NCBI GenBank assembly: GCA_934122395.1
Contig: CAKOWQ010000003.1
Span: 186,299 to 250,298 of the forward strand
Length of the DNA: 64,000 nt
Origin: an uncultured Bacilli bacterium
GTDB lineage: Bacteria > Bacillota_I > Bacilli_A > RF39 > UBA660
Reading direction: 5' to 3'
Positions within the stretch are counted from its first letter, which is position 1. Every line of letters begins with the position of its first letter. Below, in pieces: positions 48,187 through 59,856 of this stretch. The position numbers and the translations under genes were made by a program. The notes beneath the pieces are model-generated. The model did no database searches. It had not been told where the DNA came from and was given only the letters and a program-made list of their open reading frames with translations.

Positions 48187-48648
48187 TTATTTACAAGTAT
48201 ACATTTCTCCTTCTTCATAATCTTTTGCAATACTTTCTTTAGTCATTGTACTAGCTTCTTCTTTGTTGTTTTCATGATTTAAATCAGCTTCTTTACTTAC
48301 AGTAAGTACATTGTCTTTTACTGATGCTTTACAATTGATATATCCATATTCTTTACCGTTTTCACAACCTTCTAGATATTTACTTTTTTCTTCGTTCATA
48401 TCTACATCTTTAGTATAAGTATAAGTTGCAATTTCATAGTATCCTAGTAATTTGTCTCCTTCTTTGTTAAAGTCATAAATTTTAGTTATTGTAACTTCAC
48501 CATTACCATTATACATTTTTTCTGTTCTTGTACATTCAAACTTATTAGTATAATCTTTCTTTATAATATCTTCATCTTTTGTTAGCTCTTTACCACCACA
48601 TCCAGTTAGTAGTAGAGCTACACCCATTAATAATAAACCTTTTTTCAT
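48187..48648 (-). CDS. Lipoprotein, unknown function
   Basis: Lipobox LLLTGCGG after the signal peptide; Cys-rich mature part. Confidence 0.6.
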   Translation of the reverse strand: MKKGLLLMGVALLLTGCGGKELTKDEDIIKKDYTNKFECTRTEKMYNGNGEVTITKIYDFNKEGDKLLGYYEIATYTYTKDVDMNEEKSKYLEGCENGKEYGYINCKASVKDNVLTVSKEADLNHENNKEEASTMTKESIAKDYEEGEMYTCK

Positions 48649-48763
48649 TATATTCTCCTTATATTTATTTAACTAAATTATATTATTATTAATGCATTTT
48701 TACAAGGAAATGTTGAATACAAAAATGATTTTTAGTATAATAGTGATCAGTTTGGAGGTATAT

Positions 48764-50488
48764 ATGAATAATCAAAATATTTTCAATGAAATAAGAGAAA
48801 AAATTGATATAGTTGATTTAATCGGTGAATATGTACCTCTTGTTCAAAAAGGTCGTAATTACTTTGGAGTGTGTCCATTTCATAATGATACTAATCCATC
48901 AATGAGTGTTTCTCGTGAAAAACAAATATACAAGTGCTTTTCTTGTGGTGCTAGTGGTAATATCTTTACGTTTGTAAAAGATTATGAACATGTAGATATG
49001 AGAGATGCTTTAGAGATACTTGCAAATAAAGCAGGAGTAACACTAAGGAACAATAATATAGCTAGAAAAACTACTAAATATGATAAATTTTATGAAATAT
49101 ATGACCTTGCTAATAAGTTTTATCAAAATAATATAAATACTAAGGAAGGTATTAATGCTAAAGAGTATTTAAAAAATAGAAATATTAATGAAGATATTAT
49201 TAAAGAATTTGAAATAGGTCTATCTCTTGATAGTATGGATTCACTTACTAAATTATTAACTAAAAAGGGATATGATGACTTAACTTTAGATAAACTAGGA
49301 CTTTCTAGTAATAATCATGACTTATTTATTAATCGAATAATGGTTCCTATCCAAGATATGAATGGTAGAGTAGTAGCGTTTTCTGGACGTGTTTATAATA
49401 AGAAGAGTGACCATAAATATGTAAATACTAAAGAAACTGAAATATTTAAAAAAGGTACTATCCTTTATAATTATCATAGAGCTAAGGAAGAAGCACGTCG
49501 TAATAAATATGTAATTATAATGGAAGGCTATATGGACGTATTTAGAGCATCATCGGTGGGATTTAAAAACGTTGTAGCAATAATGGGAACAGCTTTAACG
49601 ATAGATCAAACTAATTTGGTTAAAAAATTATCTAATAATGTCTATTTATGTTTAGATGGTGATAATCCCGGCCAAAAGGCTATGTTATCAGTTGGTGCTG
49701 AGCTTGAAAAAGCAGGAGTTAATGTAAAAATAGTACTTCTTACGAATGATGAGGATCCTGATACATATATATTAAAGTATGGAAAAGAAAAATTTAGTAA
49801 TTTAATTGATAGTGCTATTAGTTTCAGTGACTTTAAGTTACAAGCATTAAAAAAGGGGGTTAACTTTAATAGTGATTTGGAATTATCACATTATGTTAAC
49901 TCTGTAATTAAGGAAGCTAGTTTAATTGATGACGAGATAAGAAGGGAAATAATACTAAAAAAACTTGCATTAGAAGTGAATTTGAGTTATAATACCCTAG
50001 AAAAAAGGTTGAATGAGTATTTAGAAAAAAGAAAGCCAAAAGATGTAATCATAAAAGAAGTTGTGCCAACTAATAAATTATCTAGATATGATAAAGCAGT
50101 TTATGGAATGATTTATGCTACTTTGATGGATAAGAAATATTTAAAAAGATTTGAAGATGAATCACTATATTTTGTTAATCAAAAAGCTAGATACTTATTG
50201 ATGGAAATTGAATATTATTATAAGAAATTTGGTAACATACAAATAGCGGACTTTTATACTTATTTAATGGACAAAGAAGAACTCTTAGAACTATATAATA
50301 ATATTATTAACTATGTTGATAGTAATAGTATTAGCGATGAAGCAGTTACTGATTTTATGAATGTCATTAGGTCATATAATATGAGGCTAGAGATTAAACG
50401 CCTAACTGATAAATTGAGAAACGAGACGGATGAGTTGGAAAAATCAAAAATTGCTGAGGAGATTAGGTTACTAAGAATAGGGGAGTGA
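48764..50488 (+). CDS. dnaG: DNA primase
   Basis: Zinc-binding [19 protein letters not shown] (EGYMDV...DGDNPG); GGAGG RBS at [19 protein letters not shown]. Confidence 0.9.
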   Translation: MNNQNIFNEIREKIDIVDLIGEYVPLVQKGRNYFGVCPFHNDTNPSMSVSREKQIYKCFSCGASGNIFTFVKDYEHVDMRDALEILANKAGVTLRNNNIARKTTKYDKFYEIYDLANKFYQNNINTKEGINAKEYLKNRNINEDIIKEFEIGLSLDSMDSLTKLLTKKGYDDLTLDKLGLSSNNHDLFINRIMVPIQDMNGRVVAFSGRVYNKKSDHKYVNTKETEIFKKGTILYNYHRAKEEARRNKYVIIMEGYMDVFRASSVGFKNVVAIMGTALTIDQTNLVKKLSNNVYLCLDGDNPGQKAMLSVGAELEKAGVNVKIVLLTNDEDPDTYILKYGKEKFSNLIDSAISFSDFKLQALKKGVNFNSDLELSHYVNSVIKEASLIDDEIRREIILKKLALEVNLSYNTLEKRLNEYLEKRKPKDVIIKEVVPTNKLSRYDKAVYGMIYATLMDKKYLKRFEDESLYFVNQKARYLLMEIEYYYKKFGNIQIADFYTYLMDKEELLELYNNIINYVDSNSISDEAVTDFMNVIRSYNMRLEIKRLTDKLRNETDELEKSKIAEEIRLLRIGE

Positions 50489-50493
50489 ATACA

Positions 50494-51582
50494 GTGGTCG
50501 GAGAAATAAAAACAATAGAAGATAGAAAAAAATCTTTATTAAAGTTTGGAAAAGAAAACGGATATGTCACTTATGAAAAATTAGCAGAAGAATTAAAAGG
50601 ATTAGATGTTGATAGTGATACACTAGATGATATCTATAATATGTTAGTAGAAAATAATATTGAGATTATGTCTGATACAACAGATAATAGTGAAGAAGAT
50701 GAAGATCCTTCTAATTTAGTAGTAGAAGATTTGACCTTAACTAAAGATATTAAAATTAATGATCCAGTACGTATGTACTTAAAAGAAATCGGTCGTATTA
50801 ACTTACTTACAACTGATGAGGAATTTGAATATGCTCGTCTTGCTGAACAAGGCGATGAATACGCTAAAAAGATGCTAGCAGAATCTAACTTACGTTTAGT
50901 AGTATCTATTGCTAAAAGGTATGTAGGTCGTGGTATGTTATTTTTAGACTTGATTCAAGAAGGTAATATTGGACTTATGAAAGCTGTAGATAAATATGAT
51001 CCTGATAAAGGATTCAAGTTTTCTACTTATGCAACATGGTGGATACGTCAAGCAATAACAAGAGCTATAGCAGACCAAGCAAGAACAATACGTGTTCCTG
51101 TTCATATGGTTGAAACTATTAATAAACTTGCAAGGGCACAACGTCAATTAACTCAAGAATTGAATCGTGAACCAACCGAAGAAGAACTTGCAAAAAAATT
51201 AAATATAACAGTAGATAAAGTAAGAGAAGTATATAAAATATCTCAAGATCCTGTATCTCTTGAAACACCTATTGGTGAAGAGGATGATTCTCATTTAGGA
51301 GATTTCATTAAGGATGAGAGAACAATGTCTCCAGAAGAGTATGCAACTGTAGAAATGTTAAAAGAAGAATTAGCAAATGTTTTATTAACTTTAACAGATA
51401 GAGAAGAAAAAGTATTACGTCTTCGTTTTGGACTTGATGATGGACAATGCAGAACACTTGAAGAAGTTGGACAGATTTTTGGTGTAACTAGAGAAAGAAT
51501 TCGTCAAATTGAAGCTAAAGCGCTAAGAAAATTAAGACATCCATCAAGATCTAGAAAATTAAAAGACTTCTTAATAGATTAA
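50494..51582 (+). CDS. sigA: Primary sigma factor (RpoD/SigA)
   Basis: Regions 1.2, 2 ([37 protein letters not shown]), 3 and 4; GTG start (50485 or 50494) overlapping/abutting the dnaG stop. Confidence 0.9.
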   Translation: MVGEIKTIEDRKKSLLKFGKENGYVTYEKLAEELKGLDVDSDTLDDIYNMLVENNIEIMSDTTDNSEEDEDPSNLVVEDLTLTKDIKINDPVRMYLKEIGRINLLTTDEEFEYARLAEQGDEYAKKMLAESNLRLVVSIAKRYVGRGMLFLDLIQEGNIGLMKAVDKYDPDKGFKFSTYATWWIRQAITRAIADQARTIRVPVHMVETINKLARAQRQLTQELNREPTEEELAKKLNITVDKVREVYKISQDPVSLETPIGEEDDSHLGDFIKDERTMSPEEYATVEMLKEELANVLLTLTDREEKVLRLRFGLDDGQCRTLEEVGQIFGVTRERIRQIEAKALRKLRHPSRSRKLKDFLID

Positions 51583-52244
51583 TGAAATTAAGTAAAAGAC
51601 TTATATCTATAAGTAATTTTATAGATGATAATAGTAAAGTAATAGATGTCGGGTGTGATCATGCACTTTTAGACATCTATTTATTTAAGAATAAAAAAAA
51701 CATTTCGCTAATAGCATCGGATGTTAGAAGTGGTCCTTTAAAACAAGCTAAACGTAATATTGATAAGTATAATTGTGATATTAAAGTAAAATTAGGATAT
51801 GGCATTTCTACTATTGAAAGTGATGTTGATACTGTAGTTATTGCTGGTATGGGTGGAGATACTATTGTTGATATCTTAAATAATGATAGTAATTTATTAG
51901 TTAATGTAGAAAAAATGGTTCTTTCTCCTCAAAGTGAATGGATGAAAGTTAGAAAAGTTATTTCTTCTTTAGGTTTTTATATTAGTAATGAAATACTAGT
52001 TGAAGATGGTACTAAGTATTATTTAATAATTGAAGCTAAAAAGGGGTATAAGGATTATAATGATTTAGAATTAGAATATGGTCCTCTTCTATTAAAAAAT
52101 AAATCTTTAGAATTTTTATCTTACTACAAAAAAGTTTTAGCTGAAGAGAAAAAGGTATTAGAAAAGATTCCTAAAGAAAAAATAGAAGAATATAAGAATA
52201 AAGAAAAAGAAATAAATATATTAAAAAACATGATTAATGAGTAA
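51582..52244 (+). CDS. trmK: tRNA (adenine22-N1)-methyltransferase TrmK-like
   Basis: SAM-MTase fold (VIDVGCDHALL), 220 aa, directly after sigA as in Firmicutes (yqfN position). Confidence 0.7.
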   Translation: MKLSKRLISISNFIDDNSKVIDVGCDHALLDIYLFKNKKNISLIASDVRSGPLKQAKRNIDKYNCDIKVKLGYGISTIESDVDTVVIAGMGGDTIVDILNNDSNLLVNVEKMVLSPQSEWMKVRKVISSLGFYISNEILVEDGTKYYLIIEAKKGYKDYNDLELEYGPLLLKNKSLEFLSYYKKVLAEEKKVLEKIPKEKIEEYKNKEKEINILKNMINE

Positions 52245-52304
52245 TAGTCATGCTTTTTTATTGAATAGAAAATAATTTAATGATATATTTTTATCGGTGA
52301 TATA

Positions 52305-52835
52305 ATGCAAGTAAAAAGAGTAGTTACTGGTGATTTATTAGAGAATTGTTATATTTTAATTAATAATAACAAATGCTTAGTAATTGATCCAGGAGATGAT
52401 TATTTTAAAATAAAAAAAGAGTTGGGCTCTTTAAAAATAGAAGGAGTTCTTTTAACGCATAAACATTTTGATCATATAGGGGCATTAAATGAATTGTTGC
52501 AAGACTATAATACTTTGGTTTATTCTAAAGATAATTTAAAAGAAGGTGTAATTAATATAGACTCTTTTAAATTTGAAGTTATATATACTCCTGGACATAC
52601 TATGGACTCTGTAACTTATTATTTTGAAAGTGATAAAACAATGTTTACTGGTGACTTTTTATTTAAGAATAACATTGGTAGATGTGATTTACCAACTGGG
52701 GATTTTGATATGATGAAGAAGTCTTTGTCTAAGATTAAAAAATATCCTTGTGATACAATTATTTATCCTGGACATAAAGAGAGTTCTACTTTAGATTATG
52801 AATTTAATAACAATTATTATTTATTTACGAACTAG
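52305..52835 (+). CDS. MBL-fold metallo-hydrolase
   Basis: THxHxDHxG motif LLTHKHFDHIG. Confidence 0.8.
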   Translation: MQVKRVVTGDLLENCYILINNNKCLVIDPGDDYFKIKKELGSLKIEGVLLTHKHFDHIGALNELLQDYNTLVYSKDNLKEGVINIDSFKFEVIYTPGHTMDSVTYYFESDKTMFTGDFLFKNNIGRCDLPTGDFDMMKKSLSKIKKYPCDTIIYPGHKESSTLDYEFNNNYYLFTN

Positions 52836-52878
52836 AAAAATTATGATATAGTTATCTATATGATAAAGAGGTGTTAAG

Positions 52879-53187
52879 ATGTATATTGATGTGATAGTAT
52901 TATTAGTTTTATTAGGTGTAGTTATATTCTTGTTTAGAAAGTTTTCTAGTTTTGTTTATGCTGTTGCAATAATAGATATATTTTTAAGAATTTTAACTTT
53001 TATTAGAGATAATAGTGTTCCGGAATTAAAAAGTTTAATTGGTAAATATTTTCCAGAGTCTATTGCAGGTATTATAGGACATTATTCTAGTGGAATATTT
53101 TATACATTATTAATGTGGGCATATGTAATAATATTTGCAATATTCTTAGGATATATAACTAAATACTTTATAAAGAAAAGAAAATAA
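52879..53187 (+). CDS. Small membrane protein
   Basis: 102 aa, 3 predicted TM helices. Confidence 0.4.
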   Translation: MYIDVIVLLVLLGVVIFLFRKFSSFVYAVAIIDIFLRILTFIRDNSVPELKSLIGKYFPESIAGIIGHYSSGIFYTLLMWAYVIIFAIFLGYITKYFIKKRK

Positions 53188-53199
53188 TAGCAGTTGCTA

Positions 53200-53682
53200 T
53201 TATTTTTTTGTACTTTTTTCTAAATATGGATTGTATAATCCGTAATAATCATCTCTTATCCATTTATAGCCACAGCTAGCGGCAGTTCTAATACTAGGTG
53301 TATTATCGTGAGCAATTTTTACTTTTATACATTCTATTTTATTATAATTTTGAAATAAATAATCACTTACATCTTCTAAAGTTCTTTTTCCATAATGTTG
53401 TCCTCTTAAATCTTTATCGATTGCAGCTCTTAAATATACACATTTTTCTTCAGTACTAAATTGACCTATTTCTACAAAGCCTACTAATGTATCTTCATCT
53501 GAAATGAAAAAACCTTTTCCTAGTATTCCATCTTCACTATCTTTTGTTAATTGAGGAAGCATTCCGTTAAATCTGTTAGTAATAGAAGTATCACTAACCA
53601 GTTTTTTTAAAAATAATAAATGCTTTTTATTTTCTTTATCAAATGTCCTTAAAGATAAAGTATTTAATTTTATATCTTCCAT
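53200..53682 (-). CDS. GNAT-family N-acetyltransferase
   Basis: Acetyl-CoA-binding LRGQHYGKRTLEDV (R/Q-x-x-G-x-G/A motif). Confidence 0.75.
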   Translation of the reverse strand: MEDIKLNTLSLRTFDKENKKHLLFLKKLVSDTSITNRFNGMLPQLTKDSEDGILGKGFFISDEDTLVGFVEIGQFSTEEKCVYLRAAIDKDLRGQHYGKRTLEDVSDYLFQNYNKIECIKVKIAHDNTPSIRTAASCGYKWIRDDYYGLYNPYLEKSTKK

Positions 53683-53786
53683 AATATCACCACAAATATA
53701 TTAACATATTCTTTTATTAATATAAAGAATAATGTTATTGTACATTTGTTTGCAATGTGTTATAATCTTATGTGAGGGTGAAGAGA

Positions 53787-54344
53787 ATGTACGATTATAT
53801 TATAGGTAAAATTACAGGTGTTTATAGTACACACATAGTTCTTGAATGTTATGGGATAGGTTATGCTATTAATACTCCTAATCCTTATTCATTTCAAGAA
53901 GGTAATGAATATAAAGTTTATTTATATCAACAAGTAAAAGAAGACGAGTTATCATTATATGGATTTAAAACAGTAGAAGAAAAAGAAATGTTTTTAAAAC
54001 TTATTAGTGTTAAGGGATTAGGTCCTAAAATGACACTTCCTATTTTAGCAACAGGATCAGTTGCTGGTGTATGTGATGCTATAGAAAGAGAAAATCTATT
54101 GTATTTAAGAAAGTTTCCAAAAATTGGTGATAAACTTGCTAAACAAATAATTCTTGACTTAAAAGGTAAGCTAGGTAATGTATCAACATTAGAGTTAAAA
54201 GATAATAGTTATGAAGAATTAATTGAAGTATTAAAAGGCTTAGGTTATAAAGAAAAAGAATTTAAAGCTATTATACCTAAAGTTAATAGTGAATTATCAA
54301 TAGAAGAACAAGTAAAAGAGGCTTTAAAATTGTTACTTAAATAA
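53787..54344 (+). CDS. ruvA: Holliday junction DNA helicase RuvA
   Basis: [13 protein letters not shown]-terminus; HhH motifs ([11 protein letters not shown]; [14 protein letters not shown]); promoter TTGCAA-17-TATAAT immediately upstream. Confidence 0.9.
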   Translation: MYDYIIGKITGVYSTHIVLECYGIGYAINTPNPYSFQEGNEYKVYLYQQVKEDELSLYGFKTVEEKEMFLKLISVKGLGPKMTLPILATGSVAGVCDAIERENLLYLRKFPKIGDKLAKQIILDLKGKLGNVSTLELKDNSYEELIEVLKGLGYKEKEFKAIIPKVNSELSIEEQVKEALKLLLK

Positions 54345-54355
54345 GAGGTGATAGT

Positions 54356-55375
54356 ATGATTGAAAATAAAATATTAACTGGGGAAGAGCTTAAAGAAGAT
54401 GTATATGAAGAAAGTATTCGCCCTAGCTTATTTAAAGATTATATAGGACAAAGTGATGTCAAAGAAAATATTAAAGTTTTTGTAGAAGCTGCTAAAATGC
54501 GTGAGGAAAGTTTAGATCATGTTTTATTATATGGACCTCCTGGATTAGGTAAAACAACCCTTGCTTATATAATTGCTAATGAACTTGGTACCAATATTAA
54601 AACGGCCAGTGGACCTTCCATTGAAAAAGCAGGAGATTTAGCAGCAATATTATCTTCGCTTGAACCAGGGGACGTATTATTTATTGACGAAATACATAGA
54701 ATGCCATCATATATAGAAGAAATATTATATCCTGCTATGGAAGACTTTACACTAGATATTATAGTTGGTGGAGAAGGGAATAGTAGGAATATTAAAATTA
54801 ATCTACCGCCATTTACTTTAGTTGGAGCAACTACAAGAGCAGGCGATCTAACAAGCCCTTTAAGAGATCGTTTTGGGATTATTTCAAAACTTCAATATTA
54901 TACTGATGATGAACTATTTAGTATTATTAAAAGAACAGCTAAAGTTTTAGGAGTTGAAATAGAAGATGATGCAGCATTAGAACTTGCTAGTAGAAGTAGG
55001 GGAACTCCTAGAATTGCTAATAGACTTTTAAAACGTGTACGTGATTTTTCACTAGTAAAAGGTAACGGAGTTATTGACTTAGAAATTACTAAGATGGCTT
55101 TGGATAAGTTAAAAGTTGATAAGATTGGTCTTGATGAAACTGACTATTTACTACTTAAAACCATCGCATTAAAATTTAATGGAGGTCCAGTTGGAATTGA
55201 ATCCCTTGCTAGTATAATAGGTGAAGAAGTATCAACTCTTGAAGATGTTTGTGAACCATTCCTATTACAAAGAGGACTACTTAAGAGAACACCTAGAGGA
55301 AGAATGCTTACTGATTTAGGATATAAACATCTTAATATGAATAAACAAGGTACTTTGTTTGATTGGAGTGAATAA
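54356..55375 (+). CDS. ruvB: Holliday junction ATPase RuvB
   Basis: Walker [10 protein letters not shown], Walker B LFIDEIHR, sensor/arginine finger, winged helix. Confidence 0.95.
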   Translation: MIENKILTGEELKEDVYEESIRPSLFKDYIGQSDVKENIKVFVEAAKMREESLDHVLLYGPPGLGKTTLAYIIANELGTNIKTASGPSIEKAGDLAAILSSLEPGDVLFIDEIHRMPSYIEEILYPAMEDFTLDIIVGGEGNSRNIKINLPPFTLVGATTRAGDLTSPLRDRFGIISKLQYYTDDELFSIIKRTAKVLGVEIEDDAALELASRSRGTPRIANRLLKRVRDFSLVKGNGVIDLEITKMALDKLKVDKIGLDETDYLLLKTIALKFNGGPVGIESLASIIGEEVSTLEDVCEPFLLQRGLLKRTPRGRMLTDLGYKHLNMNKQGTLFDWSE

Positions 55376-55376
55376 A

Positions 55377-56009
55377 ATGGCAAGAAAGTTTTTATTTTCT
55401 AATCCTAATATGAGCTATGGTGATTATTTAGAAACTGTTAAAGAAAATTCTAAAGATGGCAGTATTATTTTTGCTTCAAAAGAGTGTGCTGAATTAGGAC
55501 TTTTATCTCTTGCTAAATTGGATGATGAAGAAAAGATTAAGAGAATTATGGATTTTTCTTTATTTGTAGATAGAGAATATAATAGTCCTCCTGGGAATAA
55601 TGCTAGTCACAAATTGGCTTATATTTTTAGTGGTGTTAATATGATTTGTAATTATTCTAGTTATGTTGAGGGACTAAATAATAATGAATTGAGTTTACTT
55701 ACATTTTTCTCTTATGTTGTAGATGATTGCTATATGAAGGATCACTTAATGCTTTTTGCGTCACCCGATCTATTAGATTCTGTGTTAGAAAAAACACCAA
55801 AAAGAAGTGAGCAAGCATCTATTTTAGGCATAATAGAAGATAAATATTTTGAATTTGATATTGACACACATAACGAATCTGAGTTTAATAGGTTTAAGCA
55901 AACAAGTATAGATTTTGTTAGAAATAATTCTACCGAAGAACTTTTAAGTCACGTTCAAACTTATAATGATAGAATAGATAAATTAGCAAGCGAAGGAATA
56001 TATTTCTAG
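55377..56009 (+). CDS. Hypothetical protein inserted between ruvB and queA
   Basis: MARKF start with GGAGTG RBS; 210 aa; no recognisable motif. Confidence 0.45.
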   Translation: MARKFLFSNPNMSYGDYLETVKENSKDGSIIFASKECAELGLLSLAKLDDEEKIKRIMDFSLFVDREYNSPPGNNASHKLAYIFSGVNMICNYSSYVEGLNNNELSLLTFFSYVVDDCYMKDHLMLFASPDLLDSVLEKTPKRSEQASILGIIEDKYFEFDIDTHNESEFNRFKQTSIDFVRNNSTEELLSHVQTYNDRIDKLASEGIYF

Positions 56010-56021
56010 TTAGGAGTTATT

Positions 56022-57059
56022 ATGAAATTAGAAGATTTTGATTATGATTTACCAGAAGAGTTGATTGCACAAACCCCATTAAAGGAAAGAGATTCTTCTA
56101 AATTATTAGTTTTAGATAAAGATACAGGTGAAGTGAGTCATTATCATTTTAAAGATATAATTAATTATTTGGATCGTGGTGATGCATTAGTTATTAATGA
56201 TACAAAAGTAATACCTGCAAGAATTATTGGTGAAAAAGAAGATACTAAGGCAGTTATTGAATTACTTTTATTAAAAAATATAGAAGGCGATACTTGGGAA
56301 TGTTTAGCACGACCTGCTAAAAGAGTAAAAGAAGGAACTATTATTAGTTTTGGTAATGGAAAGTTAAGAGCTAAATGTACTTTTATTGGTGAGGATGGAA
56401 TAAGACATGTTAACCTTATTTATGATGGTATTTTATATGAATTATTAGATGAATTAGGAACTATGCCACTACCGCCTTACATTCACGAACAACTAGAAGA
56501 TCAAAGTAGATATCAGACAGTGTATGCAAGATTAGAAGGAAGTGCAGCAGCTCCTACCGCAGGGCTTCATTTTACTAAAGAATTATTAGATGAAATTAAA
56601 GCTAAGGGCGTAAATATTGTTCCAGTAACACTACATGTTGGATTAGGTACTTTTAGACCTGTTAATGTTACTGATGTAGAAAAACATAAAATGCACAGTG
56701 AATTTTATTCTTTAAGTCAAAGTACAGTTGATATATTGAATAAAACTAAAGAAAATAACAAGAAAATAGTAGTAGTTGGTACTACTTCAGTAAGAGTATT
56801 AGAAACTGTTATGACAAAGTATGGCGAATTAAGAGAATGTAGTGGTTGGACAGATATTTTTATCTATCCAGGATATAAATTCAAAATAGTAGATAACTTA
56901 ATTACAAACTTCCATTTACCAAAGTCTACTTTGATTATGCTAATTAGCGCTTTAGCTGGACGTGATCATGTTTTAAGAGCATACAATGAAGCAGTAAAAA
57001 ACAAATATCGTTTTTTCTCTTTTGGAGATAGTATGTTTATTAAAAGTAGTAACAAATAA
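56022..57059 (+). CDS. queA: S-adenosylmethionine:tRNA ribosyltransferase-isomerase
   Basis: [18 protein letters not shown]-terminus, characteristic of QueA. Confidence 0.9.
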   Translation: MKLEDFDYDLPEELIAQTPLKERDSSKLLVLDKDTGEVSHYHFKDIINYLDRGDALVINDTKVIPARIIGEKEDTKAVIELLLLKNIEGDTWECLARPAKRVKEGTIISFGNGKLRAKCTFIGEDGIRHVNLIYDGILYELLDELGTMPLPPYIHEQLEDQSRYQTVYARLEGSAAAPTAGLHFTKELLDEIKAKGVNIVPVTLHVGLGTFRPVNVTDVEKHKMHSEFYSLSQSTVDILNKTKENNKKIVVVGTTSVRVLETVMTKYGELRECSGWTDIFIYPGYKFKIVDNLITNFHLPKSTLIMLISALAGRDHVLRAYNEAVKNKYRFFSFGDSMFIKSSNK

Positions 57060-57104
57060 TATTAATATATTTTAATTTTCTTCATATTATTTACTGGTGA
57101 TATT

Positions 57105-58304
57105 ATGAAGAAATTAATAGTAGTAATGATTATATTTGTAGTTATTACTTTTTTTATTATTGAAAATAAAAAAGAATCATCAAAAGATGAAGCAACGCTT
57201 TCATATAATTTAAAAGATGAAAAAAGGGCAATCTTTATCTCTTACATAGAACTTCAAGAATATTTAAAAGAAAAAGATATCGAAGAAGGAAAAAACGCTA
57301 TCAAAGAGATGGTAAATAATCTTTATAACGATAACTTTAACATGATAATTTTGCATGTTAGACCTTTTTCGGATGCAGTATATAAATCAAGTATTTTTCC
57401 TTATAGTAAAGTAATTTCTAAAGCTGAAGGAAAAGATCCAGGGTACGACGTATTAGAAGTCTTTATAAATGAGGCACACAAAAAGAATATGCAACTACAT
57501 GCTTGGGTAAACCCTTATAGAATAAGAAATACCACAGATACTAGTGATATTTCAAAAGATAATCCTGCTTATAAATATTTAGATACTAATAATGTTAAGG
57601 TAATTGAAAATAAAGGAATTTTTTATAATCCAGCAAGTGATGTTGTGACTGAACTTATAATAGATGGAATAAAAGAGATAGTAAGTAATTATAATGTTGA
57701 TGGAATTCATTTTGATGATTATTTTTATCCGGATGATACAATCGATTTAGAAAATTATCAAGAATATATTGATAATGGTGGAATGTTATCCTTAAGTGAT
57801 TATAGGCTTAATAATACTTCTAATATGATAAAGAAAGTATATGAAACAATTAAAAAAGTTAATAAGAATATTACATTTGGAATATCTCCTGAAGGAAATA
57901 TTAATAATAATTATGATAGTAATTATATAGATACTAAAAAAATATTAAGCGAAGAAGGTTATATTGATTATATAATGCCACAAATATATTTTGGATTTTC
58001 TAATGAATTAATGCCATTTATGGATGTTATTAATATGTGGAACTCTTTGATTAAAGTAAAAAGTGTTAAATTAATGCCTGCTTTAGCTTTTTATAAAGCT
58101 GGTATTAGTGATACTTTTGCTAAAAGTGGTGAAGATGAATGGATTTGTAATAATGATATTATAAAAAAGCAAGTATTAACTAGTAGAAATGTGAGTAATT
58201 ATTCTGGTTATTCTTTATTTAGATATAGTTACTTATATAATGATAATTATAAAACTGATGCAGTTTCTAATGAATATAATAACTATCTTTCAATTGTAAA
58301 ATAA
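57105..58304 (+). CDS. Glycoside-hydrolase-like (GHL10/YngK-type) secreted or membrane-anchored protein
   Basis: N-terminal TM/signal; TIM-barrel-like region (HAWVNPYR, GIHFDDYFYPD) typical of the DUF4015/YngK family. Confidence 0.6.
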   Translation: MKKLIVVMIIFVVITFFIIENKKESSKDEATLSYNLKDEKRAIFISYIELQEYLKEKDIEEGKNAIKEMVNNLYNDNFNMIILHVRPFSDAVYKSSIFPYSKVISKAEGKDPGYDVLEVFINEAHKKNMQLHAWVNPYRIRNTTDTSDISKDNPAYKYLDTNNVKVIENKGIFYNPASDVVTELIIDGIKEIVSNYNVDGIHFDDYFYPDDTIDLENYQEYIDNGGMLSLSDYRLNNTSNMIKKVYETIKKVNKNITFGISPEGNINNNYDSNYIDTKKILSEEGYIDYIMPQIYFGFSNELMPFMDVINMWNSLIKVKSVKLMPALAFYKAGISDTFAKSGEDEWICNNDIIKKQVLTSRNVSNYSGYSLFRYSYLYNDNYKTDAVSNEYNNYLSIVK

Positions 58305-58338
58305 AAAAGCTTTGCAAAAATATTTGCAAGGCTTTTTA
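58305..58338. terminator. Bidirectional terminator between convergent genes
   Basis: AAAAAGCTTTGCAAAAATATTTGCAAGGCTTTTT. Confidence 0.65.
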
Positions 58339-58596
58339 GTAGTAATAATAGTTTTCAGTATATGATGGATAATTATTAGGGGCATAATAAGGCATTGGCA
58401 GAGGGTAAGGATATGGTGCAGGATAATTAGGTCCAAATCCACCTGGCCTTGATAAAATTCCTCCAGTAATTCCACCTAAAATAAAAGGCACAGCAAATCC
58501 ACCACCAAAGAATCTATCACCGTTATTTCTAATATTTCTAAAGCCACCTCTAGGCATATTCATACGATATTGGGGCATAATATTATTTGAATACAT
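58336..58596 (-). CDS. Small (86 aa) Gly/Pro/Tyr-rich protein with C-terminal YYYY
   Basis: GGAGG RBS about 12 nt upstream on the - strand; sequence ...GGGFAVPFILGGITGGIL...YPAPYPYPLPMPYYAPNNYPSYTENYYYY; shares the bidirectional terminator. Confidence 0.5.
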   Translation of the reverse strand: MYSNNIMPQYRMNMPRGGFRNIRNNGDRFFGGGFAVPFILGGITGGILSRPGGFGPNYPAPYPYPLPMPYYAPNNYPSYTENYYYY

Positions 58597-58654
58597 AAAA
58601 CACTTATTCCTCCTTCAGAGTATTTTATGTGTAAAATAAGATAAGGGTGATAAT

Positions 58655-59779
58655 ATGGAAGAAAAACAAGAAAAATTAGCAGATACAATAGTTAATTATT
58701 CATTACATGTAAATGAAAACGATAAAGTACTAATAACGTATCAAAGTATTGAATCAAAAAGCTTTGTTGAAAAATTAATTAAAAAAATATTTTTAAGAGG
58801 AGGTATACCTTTTACTAATTATGTAGATCCTTTTATTAGTAATTTATTAAAAGAAAACTCTACATCAAATAGAATTGATTTAATAAAAGAATATCAAAAA
58901 TTTGAACTTGATCATTTTGATTCATTTATAAATATAAAATATAATTTAAATGATTATGAATCTGGTAGTATCCCTAAAAAGATAAGAGATGAGATTAGTT
59001 TTAAAACTTATGAAATACATAATAAATTAGTTAATGAAAGAAAATGGGTATTATTAAATTATCCAAGTTATGTAGATAGTTATAAGGCTAAAATGAAATA
59101 TGAAGACTTTTTAAATTATAGTTTTGATGTTATGAATGTTGACTATAGTAAAATGAGCAAGGATATTGAACCATTAAAAAAACTAATGGATAAGACTAAG
59201 AAGGTTAGAATAATAGGTAAGGGAACTGATATTACTTTTTCTATTAAAGGAATGAAAAGTATTCCTTGTACCGGTGAATCTAATATTCCAGATGGTGAAA
59301 TATTTACTTGCCCTGTAAGAGATAGTGTTAATGGAGTAATAAAGTATAATACTACTAGTACTTATAATGGGGAAGTATTTAGTAACATTAGACTTGAATT
59401 TATAAATGGTAAAATAATAGATGCAACGTGTGATGATGAGTCTAAGAATGAAAAATTAAATAAAATATTTGATACTGATGAAGGTAGTAGATATGTTGGT
59501 GAGTTTTCTTTAGGATTAAATCCTAAGATTTTAATACCTATGGGTGATATTTTATTTGATGAAAAAATCTTCGGAAGTATTCATTTTACTCCTGGTGCGG
59601 CATATAAAGAATGCTATAACGGAAATGATTCTAATATTCATTGGGATTTAGTTTTGATTCAAAGAACGGAATACGGTGGGGGAGAAATATATTTTGACGA
59701 TGTATTAATAAGAAAAGATGGATTGTTTGTTCTACCAGAACTACGTCATTTAAATTATTATTTAGATACTGTAAAGTAA
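58655..59779 (+). CDS. Aminopeptidase, M29 (AmpS/PepS) family
   Basis: N-terminal LADTIVNYSLHVNENDKVLI and overall about 370-aa length match thermophilic-metalloprotease M29 aminopeptidases. Confidence 0.6.
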   Translation: MEEKQEKLADTIVNYSLHVNENDKVLITYQSIESKSFVEKLIKKIFLRGGIPFTNYVDPFISNLLKENSTSNRIDLIKEYQKFELDHFDSFINIKYNLNDYESGSIPKKIRDEISFKTYEIHNKLVNERKWVLLNYPSYVDSYKAKMKYEDFLNYSFDVMNVDYSKMSKDIEPLKKLMDKTKKVRIIGKGTDITFSIKGMKSIPCTGESNIPDGEIFTCPVRDSVNGVIKYNTTSTYNGEVFSNIRLEFINGKIIDATCDDESKNEKLNKIFDTDEGSRYVGEFSLGLNPKILIPMGDILFDEKIFGSIHFTPGAAYKECYNGNDSNIHWDLVLIQRTEYGGGEIYFDDVLIRKDGLFVLPELRHLNYYLDTVK

Positions 59780-59803
59780 GTTTTTAACTTACTTTTTTTC
59801 TTG
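59777..59803 (+). terminator. Rho-independent terminator
   Basis: TAAGTTTTTAACTTACTTTTTTT. Confidence 0.6.
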
Positions 59804-59856
59804 ATGAAATAGAAATTTAATAGTATACTATACTTGTATAATAATGGAGGCCTGTT

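Noticed and set aside
50944-51147. Antisense ORF in sigA
   Set aside because: Embedded; Cys-rich, as expected from reverse reading of the conserved region 2 codons.
55144-55383. Antisense ORF at the ruvB 3' end
   Set aside because: Embedded artefact.
58290-58475. Minus-strand 61-aa ORF overlapping the Tyr/Gly/Pro-rich ORF in another frame
   Set aside because: Alternate frame of the same low-complexity region. The 58336-58596 frame has the RBS and the more protein-like sequence.
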